Shown: piece after piece, positions 57,737-64,000 of the stretch
Layout of the letters: every line of letters begins with the position of its first letter
How positions within the stretch are numbered: position 1 is the stretch's first letter
DNA from: an uncultured Chloroflexia bacterium
Lineage (GTDB): Bacteria > Chloroflexota > Anaerolineae > JAAYZQ01
Direction: 5' to 3'
Assembly (NCBI GenBank): GCA_963700285.1
Contig: CAVOXA010000010.1
Coordinates: forward strand, 352,001 to 416,000
Length of the DNA: 64,000 nt
The notes under the pieces: model-generated
Seen by the model: the letters and a program-made list of their open reading frames with translations, nothing else
The model's database searches: none
What the model was told of the DNA's origin: nothing
Program-made: the position numbers and the translations under genes

Positions 57737-57845
57737 GTCATAGCAAGGAGGCCGCAGGCCGACGAAGCAATCTCCATGTAATCACAAGAAAACACCTACT
57801 TTGTGCAAAAGGGGATTGCTTCGTCGCTGCGCTCCTCGCAATGAC
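57737..57845. repeat. Intergenic palindromic element GTCAT.GC.AGGAG..CGACGAAGCAATC / GATTGCTTCGTCG..CTCCTCGCAATGAC (REP/MITE-like)
   Basis: Imperfect inverted arms of roughly 35 bp around an AT-rich spacer. Confidence 0.7.
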
Positions 57846-57860
57846 AGATCCTCGGGATCA

Positions 57861-59039
57861 TTATGAAGATACTTGGCCACGCACACCCAAAAGATCGATC
57901 GCCGTCTGAACATAGATCCTGGCCACGGCGGGCATCGACCCCACTTCGACATATTCGTTGGCCTGGCAGGTGTTGCCACCCTGAGGACCCAGTACCAGGG
58001 TGGGAACGCCGCCATGGACGGCAAAATGATTGGTATCGGCCACGCTGCGCTGCAGCCACATACTGGCCGGCTGGGCCAGTTCACGCTCCATGTTGCCTAC
58101 GACCGTCCGAACCAGGTGGGAATCGGAGGGCACCAAATAGGGCAGAGGCGCGGGCGTCGGCCGCTCATCCCAGGTTAGCTCGTAGATTGATTCGATGCCT
58201 GCCCCCTGAATTACGGCTTCGATCTGCGCCGCCGCCTCCTCGACCGTCTGCCCCGGCAGGATGTGGCGGTCGACGTAAACGTGAGCCTCCTCTGGCACCA
58301 GGATCAAGGTCCCACCACCGTGGAAGCCAATGACACACTGGCTGCCGCGGACGTCAAACTCTGGATAGTACCCCATATCGACGCTATCCAGGACAGCAAC
58401 AACCTTGGCGGCATCTGCGACGGCATTGATGCCCTCATCGTAGGCAGCATGCGCCGTTCTGCCATGAAAGGTCAGGTGGAATACGTGACGCCCCCGAGCG
58501 CCGACGGTCAAGTTGGCTCGGGCCGAGGGCTCGGGAATCAAGCAGCCCTGGCAGCCCTCCAGCAGCCCGGTTCCGATGATTGCATGGGCGCCCCGGGACC
58601 AGTTCTCTTCGTCGGTCGTCCCCGAGACGTACAGCCGGCCGCCCAGCTCGACACCCGAGGCGATGAGGGCCTCGACCGCGGCCAGAACACAGGCACCGCC
58701 CCCTTTCATGTCGTGAGACCCCAAGGCGTAGAGGCGATCGTTCTCAAGGTGAGGCGCGAGCGGATCGGTGTCCCAGCCCTCGCAGATGGGAAAGGTATCC
58801 ATGTGAAAATTGTACATCAGGGTTGGGCCGTCAGCAGGGCCGTCGATCCAGCCAATGACCGAGTCGCCCGAGTCTTCGACGGGGAGCCGCCGCACGCCGC
58901 TCAAACCCATGGCTCTGAACCGCTCGTAGGCCCAATCAGCAATCTCCTCCTCCTGATTGGTGACGGAGGGGATGGACACCAGGGTCGAGACCAATTCGAC
59001 CAATCGTTCTTCGGTAACGCTATTCAGTGGATTCTCCAT
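57861..59039 (-). CDS. M20 ArgE/DapE-like metallopeptidase or deacylase
   Basis: HMDT, GSHDMKGG, DEE, GRTAHAA; C-terminal NTCQANE. Confidence 0.85.
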   Translation of the reverse strand: MENPLNSVTEERLVELVSTLVSIPSVTNQEEEIADWAYERFRAMGLSGVRRLPVEDSGDSVIGWIDGPADGPTLMYNFHMDTFPICEGWDTDPLAPHLENDRLYALGSHDMKGGGACVLAAVEALIASGVELGGRLYVSGTTDEENWSRGAHAIIGTGLLEGCQGCLIPEPSARANLTVGARGRHVFHLTFHGRTAHAAYDEGINAVADAAKVVAVLDSVDMGYYPEFDVRGSQCVIGFHGGGTLILVPEEAHVYVDRHILPGQTVEEAAAQIEAVIQGAGIESIYELTWDERPTPAPLPYLVPSDSHLVRTVVGNMERELAQPASMWLQRSVADTNHFAVHGGVPTLVLGPQGGNTCQANEYVEVGSMPAVARIYVQTAIDLLGVRGQVSS

Positions 59040-59106
59040 CTAGTTCCCTCTGCCCTGCCCTCAGTCTCTGAGATCGGCGGCTTTGGAAAGCCGTCCTGCT
59101 AATATC

Positions 59107-60579
59107 TTATCCCACCCAGCCGCCCATGACATCGGGCAATCGCTCAACCCCCTTGGACCTGGCGTAGGAGGCCATGATGGCCTTGATCTCTTTTACCTTG
59201 TCCTCTGGCAAGCGGGCGGGTTCATATTCGGCCAGCCGTGCGTCCACCTCGAGTTTGGCCCGGTCCCAGGCGGTACTTGATCTCGTTCCGGCACGCATGG
59301 CGCGCCTGTGGATGACGTCCGTGGGGAAAAAAAGTTCCTTCTTGAACCATTTCCTCGTATGGTCCGAGGAAAGGTGGCCCTTTGCCCCACGGCCCGCGGC
59401 CTTGATCGCATCCAGACCGATGGTTTCCTGGTCACAGACGATCCCATTGACGAGGCGTAAGGCCATTCCGCAGATGTTGTTGTCGATGACCATCTTCTCA
59501 TAGCTTTGACAGTTGGCAAAAGCCATCATTCCCGGACCACGGCTCAGGTTGACGCCGGACAGGGCGGCCAGCATGATACCCATCCCCGACTCCAGGCCTG
59601 ATTGGGAATCGACGATCTTGGAGTCGCTCTGGCCGATATTGGAGGCGGTGGGCAGACCCAGGGCTTTGCCTATCTGATTGTAGCCCGAGCCCAGCATATG
59701 GGATTCGACAGCGCCAATGCACGACGTCCCGTGACGCATGTCGAGAACAATGGCCCCCCCACCGTAGAGCACCGGCGTGCCGGGATTCACCAATTGTGCC
59801 ACGACGATGCCACTCAGGCTCTCGGCCGTATGTTCAGTCAGGGTTCCGGCCAATGTGACTGGGGCGTTTCCTCCCGGCAGGGGCATGGGGATCAGCATCA
59901 CAGGGATGCCTGCCCGGGCAGAGTCTAAAAGATTCTGAGCGACGATCCCGCCCCACATCAAGGGCGCGGTGGGGTTGGCTGCAAAGACAGCCCGCGGCAT
60001 TGATCGCAACTCAGCCTCACCGCCTCGCAAGACGGTCAGAATCTCTATCTGGACGCGAAGCCCGTCGACGGTGAAGGCACCGGCAAAGAGGGGCTTTGAT
60101 GTATTCAGCATGAGCAGATAGTAGCGGTAGGCGTCCTGGAGCGGTGCGGGGATATCTCGGGGCAGTACCGTGCCGGTGACAAATTGGACGTGCTCCAGCG
60201 TCTCAAGAAGACTGGTGATTCGAATCAGGTCGGAAAGCTCTGGCTTGCGGATCTTTTGCGTATCCGAGTCCAGAATGTTCAGGGCGACGGAGCCACCGCA
60301 AAAGTGCACGTTGTCGCCGGCCAACACCGCCGGCTCTTGGCAGTCCTGATCATAGATGTTGAAAGAGGAGGGCACCGACTCAAGGGCCTGATCGACCATG
60401 ACCGGGGGAAGATAGACCACCCGCTCCGAAAGATCGACGCGGGCGCCCGCATCGGCAAGGAGGCGCAACGCCTCCTCGTTGTCGATCTTGACGCCAAAGG
60501 TCTTAAGGAGGTCATAGGCGGCCTCAATGATCTGTTGGACGTCATCCGTGGTCAGGAACTCGAGCTTGGGTCGGCGCAC
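59107..60579 (-). CDS. Trimethylamine methyltransferase (MttB) superfamily protein, no pyrrolysine codon
   Basis: GGNAPVTLAGTL, PGTPVLYG, DMRHG, SDSKIVDSQSGLE; uninterrupted 490-aa ORF. Confidence 0.88.
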   Translation of the reverse strand: MRRPKLEFLTTDDVQQIIEAAYDLLKTFGVKIDNEEALRLLADAGARVDLSERVVYLPPVMVDQALESVPSSFNIYDQDCQEPAVLAGDNVHFCGGSVALNILDSDTQKIRKPELSDLIRITSLLETLEHVQFVTGTVLPRDIPAPLQDAYRYYLLMLNTSKPLFAGAFTVDGLRVQIEILTVLRGGEAELRSMPRAVFAANPTAPLMWGGIVAQNLLDSARAGIPVMLIPMPLPGGNAPVTLAGTLTEHTAESLSGIVVAQLVNPGTPVLYGGGAIVLDMRHGTSCIGAVESHMLGSGYNQIGKALGLPTASNIGQSDSKIVDSQSGLESGMGIMLAALSGVNLSRGPGMMAFANCQSYEKMVIDNNICGMALRLVNGIVCDQETIGLDAIKAAGRGAKGHLSSDHTRKWFKKELFFPTDVIHRRAMRAGTRSSTAWDRAKLEVDARLAEYEPARLPEDKVKEIKAIMASYARSKGVERLPDVMGGWVG

Positions 60580-60981
60580 AGTCTTCTCCCTATGGTGCAG
60601 AGCTCAGCTACGTAGCGCTCGAAATCTCACCTCAGATCTTCATAGATGGCACTGTAGAAGCAAAAGTCTCAAAATCGCGGCAGTGAATGACAAGCTTGAG
60701 CCCGAGCTATGCTAGTGCTCTCGCCACTGCCTATCTTCCTATGCCCAATGTACATCCCCGATTCTTCATAGCGGTTAGTTCCCTATGGCACCTCTTCGCA
60801 ATGCCTATTATTATGTTAAATCAGACAACTAAGGGGGACAGAGATATTACGTGCGTTAGGTAGCGATACAGAGCCAAACAGGTGGTGGATCGAGTTTGTC
60901 GGAAAAAGTCAAATGGCAATCTGCCAGCCCAGGAGCCTGTCCGGCCTCAGATCCAAGAATTCGCGACACCCGACAGCGAAT

Positions 60982-61010
60982 ATTTTACCCCATATCGGCT
61001 GGATTGTCAA
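60982..61010 (-). promoter_or_regulatory. Sigma70 promoter TTGACA-17-TAAAAT facing the MttB gene
   Basis: Reverse complement reads TTGACA atccagccgatatgggg TAAAAT. Confidence 0.7.
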
Positions 61011-61144
61011 GCGGGCTGCAAGCCCCCTGATACCCAATATCGCGAATGTGACGAGCGAGGGGCGGTTCCTGCAGTAAGCTCAGGACGCATCCGCTCGCCC
61101 TCCCCGGATAGCAACCGTTGCCCCAGCACCGACCAAGGTCTGTG

Positions 61145-61173
61145 TTGTCAGGTTGGCCAAATGGTAGTATAAT
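61145..61173 (+). promoter_or_regulatory. Sigma70 promoter TTGTCA-17-TATAAT
   Basis: About 57 nt upstream of ATG 61231, which has an AGGAGG RBS. Confidence 0.75.
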
Positions 61174-61230
61174 CGGGCGCAAAGTGACCGGATCCCAAAA
61201 CACCCAACAGATCTCTAGGAGGAGTGCCAT

Positions 61231-62181
61231 ATGATCGAGGATTCTCAGAAATCAGTGATTGAGGCGACCTATGGTGGGGAGGGTTGGTCGCCACGAACGC
61301 AATCCCTGGGCCAGGAGTTGGGCACCCTGTGGGGCGATTGGGGCGTGGGCCTGGAGTGGGCCAGGCTGCAAGCCATCCTCCTCCATCGTCCCGGCCCCGA
61401 GATCGAGGGGTTGGCCGAACCCGACAAAGTACAGATGCTGGCGCCCCTGAACGTCGACCTGTTTCGCCAGCAGTACGAGGGCATGGTCGCGGCCTACGAA
61501 GACGCCAGTGTGGAGGTCCACTTTGTCGCACCCGAGGGCCCGGTGCCACCCAACAATATCTTTTGCGCCGACCTGTTCTTCATGACGCCCCAGGGAGCCA
61601 TCCTGGCCCGGCCGGCATCCACCGTGCGGGCAGGAGAGGAGCGGAACGTAGCCCGCAGGCTGGCTTCGCTGGGCGTACCGATTCTCATGAGCGTCCACGG
61701 CAACGGTACTTTTGAGGGAGCGGATGCGGTCTGGATCGAGGAAGGCACGGCCATCGTGGCCACAGGTTTGCGAACCAACGAGGAGGGCGCTGACCAGGTG
61801 GAATGGGCGCTGCGCTCTATTGGCGCCGACGTGGTGCGCGTGGACCTGCCCTATGGGTCAATGCACCTGATGGGAACCCTGCGCTTTGCCGGTCCCGGTC
61901 TAGCAATTGGCTATCCAGGCCGGACGACACACCGCGCAGTTCGCGCAGTGCGCGAACGTGGCTACCGCGTGCTGTGGGCGCCGGATTTCGACGAGATCAA
62001 GCGACTGGCCCTCAACTTTGTCCCCTTGGGGCCGAACAAAATCCTCATGGCAGCCAACTGCCCCCGCACCCAGGCAATGTACGAGGCCGCGGGGATCGAG
62101 TGTATCACAATAGAGGCGGAAGAACTGGCCAAGGCAGCCGGCGGCATGGGCTGCCTGACCGGCATCCTGAAACGCGAATAA
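61231..62181 (+). CDS. Amidinotransferase / dimethylargininase family protein, paralog of 39192..40127
   Basis: HRPGPE, FCAD, RAGEE, FEGAD, MHLMG, GGMGCLT. Confidence 0.85.
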   Translation: MIEDSQKSVIEATYGGEGWSPRTQSLGQELGTLWGDWGVGLEWARLQAILLHRPGPEIEGLAEPDKVQMLAPLNVDLFRQQYEGMVAAYEDASVEVHFVAPEGPVPPNNIFCADLFFMTPQGAILARPASTVRAGEERNVARRLASLGVPILMSVHGNGTFEGADAVWIEEGTAIVATGLRTNEEGADQVEWALRSIGADVVRVDLPYGSMHLMGTLRFAGPGLAIGYPGRTTHRAVRAVRERGYRVLWAPDFDEIKRLALNFVPLGPNKILMAANCPRTQAMYEAAGIECITIEAEELAKAAGGMGCLTGILKRE

Positions 62182-62194
62182 GGAGCGGAGCACA

Positions 62195-63373
62195 ATGAAG
62201 ATCTTGGTTCTCGGTAGTGGGCTTATGGGGCCGGCATCGGCGTACAATGCCATGACGGACCCCGACGTGACAAAGGTCACCCTTTGCGACATGAATCAGC
62301 AGCAACTGGACGCTGCGTACGACAAGTTGAAGGGTATGGAAGGAGGCGAAAAAGTCACTACCATCACCCTTGACCTGAGCGACCAGGCGGCAACCACCGA
62401 GCTGATGGCCGGCTATGATGCCGTCGTTGCCGCACTGCCAAAGGTAGCCATTCCCCTGGGCATGCGGGCGGCAGTGGCGGCCAACACGCCTCTTGTTGAC
62501 CTGAGCTGGCCACCCCCAGAGCAGATCGAGGAAGTCAAGCAGTACGTGGAGGATGAGGGTGGCCTTGTCATCCCTGGCTGTGGTGTGGAGCCGGGCCTGA
62601 CCGAAATTATGGCCCGCCACCTGGCTGAGAAACTGGACCGCATCGACGAGTTGCACATCATGTGCGGCGGCATCCCAGCAAAGCCAGCCCCGCCTCTGGG
62701 TTACAAGATCGTCTTTGGTGGACGAAACTTGCCACTGAGAGAAGGTAAGGCAACCATCTGCCGGGACGGCGCCCTCGATACCGTACCCCGATATTCTGGC
62801 GCACAGCCGGTGCACTTTGCCGGCGTCGGCGAGTGCGAGGCATGGCACGAAGGTTTCATGCCCTGGTTGATGGAATTGGATGTACTCAAGAACCTGAAAC
62901 TGGGAACCCAGAAGACGGTCCGCTGGCCAGGTTACGCGGCCAAGGCCACGATTCTCCGGGATCTGGGCATCTTTAGCCAGGAACCCATCGACGTGGACGG
63001 CGCTCAGGTTGCCCCAAAGGCACTGCTCGATGCGCTGTTGTATCCCTACGTCAGGCTGGAGGAGGGAGAGATCGACATCACTTGCTTCCGCGTGGAGGCT
63101 ATTGGTGAGAAAGACGGCCGTCCCTGCCAGTACAAGATCGAGATGGTGGATTGGTACGACCAGGAGTTGGGATTCACCTCCATGGCCCGTACAACGGCGT
63201 TTACGGGAGCCATCGTCGCCCGCATGATCGCCCGGGGCGACATCAAGGCTCAGGGCTTTCTGACCCCGGAAAAGATTATCTACGGTCCTCTATTTGATAC
63301 ACTGGTGGAGGAGTTGGCGGCCGTCAACATGCGCTTCGAAATGACAACGGAAAAGGTAAAAGCCCTGGCCTGA
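62195..63373 (+). CDS. Saccharopine dehydrogenase / lysine 6-dehydrogenase family oxidoreductase
   Basis: LGSGLMG, GCGVEPG, CGGIP, KTVRWPG, SMARTTAF. Confidence 0.85.
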   Translation: MKILVLGSGLMGPASAYNAMTDPDVTKVTLCDMNQQQLDAAYDKLKGMEGGEKVTTITLDLSDQAATTELMAGYDAVVAALPKVAIPLGMRAAVAANTPLVDLSWPPPEQIEEVKQYVEDEGGLVIPGCGVEPGLTEIMARHLAEKLDRIDELHIMCGGIPAKPAPPLGYKIVFGGRNLPLREGKATICRDGALDTVPRYSGAQPVHFAGVGECEAWHEGFMPWLMELDVLKNLKLGTQKTVRWPGYAAKATILRDLGIFSQEPIDVDGAQVAPKALLDALLYPYVRLEEGEIDITCFRVEAIGEKDGRPCQYKIEMVDWYDQELGFTSMARTTAFTGAIVARMIARGDIKAQGFLTPEKIIYGPLFDTLVEELAAVNMRFEMTTEKVKALA

Positions 63374-63390
63374 ACCAAGGAGATTTCGCG

Positions 63391-64000
63391 ATGAAAATCT
63401 TGATCTTGGGCAGCGGGCTCATGGGACCGGCTGCAGCCTACAACGCTATGATCGACCCCGGCGTAACCCAGGTCACCCTGTGCGACGTGAACCTGGCGCA
63501 GTTGGAGGCAGCCTCCACCAAGCTGGCCAGCATGGAGGGCGGCCAAAAACTGACCACGGTCGCCCTCGACCTGAATGACCAGGCTACAGCCGCTGGGTTG
63601 ATGGCCAAGCATGACGCCGTTGTGGCTGCTCTACCCTGGCCGGTCATCCCCCTGGGCATCCGGGCCGCTGTGGCAGCCCAGACGCCCCTGGTAGACCTGG
63701 CCTGGCCCCCGTTCGAGCAGGTAGATGAACTCAAACGGCAGATCGAAGATGAGGGTGGGCTGGTCATCCTGGGCTGCGGCGTGGAACCAGGCCTGACCGA
63801 GATCATGGCCCGCTACCTGGCCGAGAAACTGGACCGGATCGAGGAGCTGCACATCAAGTGCGGAGGAATCCCCGAAAAGCCGGTTCCACCTCTCGGCTAC
63901 AAAATTGTCTTTGGTGGTCGCGAGCTGCCAATGTGGGTGGAGGATGCCCGCATCTGCCAGGACGGCGAACTTGGGCCGGTACCGCGCTATTCCGGGACAG
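63391..64000 (+). CDS. Second tandem saccharopine dehydrogenase family paralog (runs off the window)
   Basis: AAGGAG RBS, MKILILGSGLMGPAAAYNAM..., collinear with 62195..63373. Confidence 0.85.
   Translation, partial: MKILILGSGLMGPAAAYNAMIDPGVTQVTLCDVNLAQLEAASTKLASMEGGQKLTTVALDLNDQATAAGLMAKHDAVVAALPWPVIPLGIRAAVAAQTPLVDLAWPPFEQVDELKRQIEDEGGLVILGCGVEPGLTEIMARYLAEKLDRIEELHIKCGGIPEKPVPPLGYKIVFGGRELPMWVEDARICQDGELGPVPRYSGT

Noticed and set aside
59107-60579. Pyrrolysine or selenocysteine recoding
   Set aside because: The MttB ORF is uninterrupted, and the split genes in the window are explained by indels, not in-frame TAG or TGA
60760-60815. Cobalamin or SAM riboswitch upstream of MttB
   Set aside because: Only an ATAGGGAA fragment is present; I could not find the B12-box, GCCACTG in the right context, or the SAM-I core
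1-64000. Secondary-metabolite, RiPP or defence cluster interpretation
   Set aside because: No precursor peptide, NRPS/PKS, radical SAM, ligase, nuclease or exporter was seen; the content is importers plus hydrolases and oxidoreductases

Overview
GC-rich bacterial window, probably Chloroflexota/Anaerolineae (inferred from Pro/Thr/Glu/Ala-linker lipoproteins and a TSEV-coding palindrome). It is almost entirely a catabolic or scavenging region of about 50 genes in small paralog families: nine amidohydrolase-superfamily genes, 4 SDRs, 3 DUF885-like proteins, 3 ThDP enzymes, 3 amidinotransferase-fold enzymes, and pairs of AstE/AspA, Gfo/Idh/MocA, nitroreductase and saccharopine-dehydrogenase genes. 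There are also two Opp/Dpp ABC sets without ATPase genes and a non-pyrrolysine MttB. Main result: the minus-strand genes in 1-36.3 kb form two long operons, each starting at a near-consensus sigma70 promoter followed by the same palindrome ATCCTATAGGAT, with a GntR/FCD regulator inside. Many enzymes in this candidate regulon have substitutions at canonical catalytic or carboxylate-binding positions, which suggests an uncharacterised pathway. About ten single-base frameshifts look like long-read consensus errors. Three families of REP-like palindromes are present. I saw no rRNA, tRNA, CRISPR array, transposase or phage gene. All family calls come from reading motifs by eye; no database search was run.
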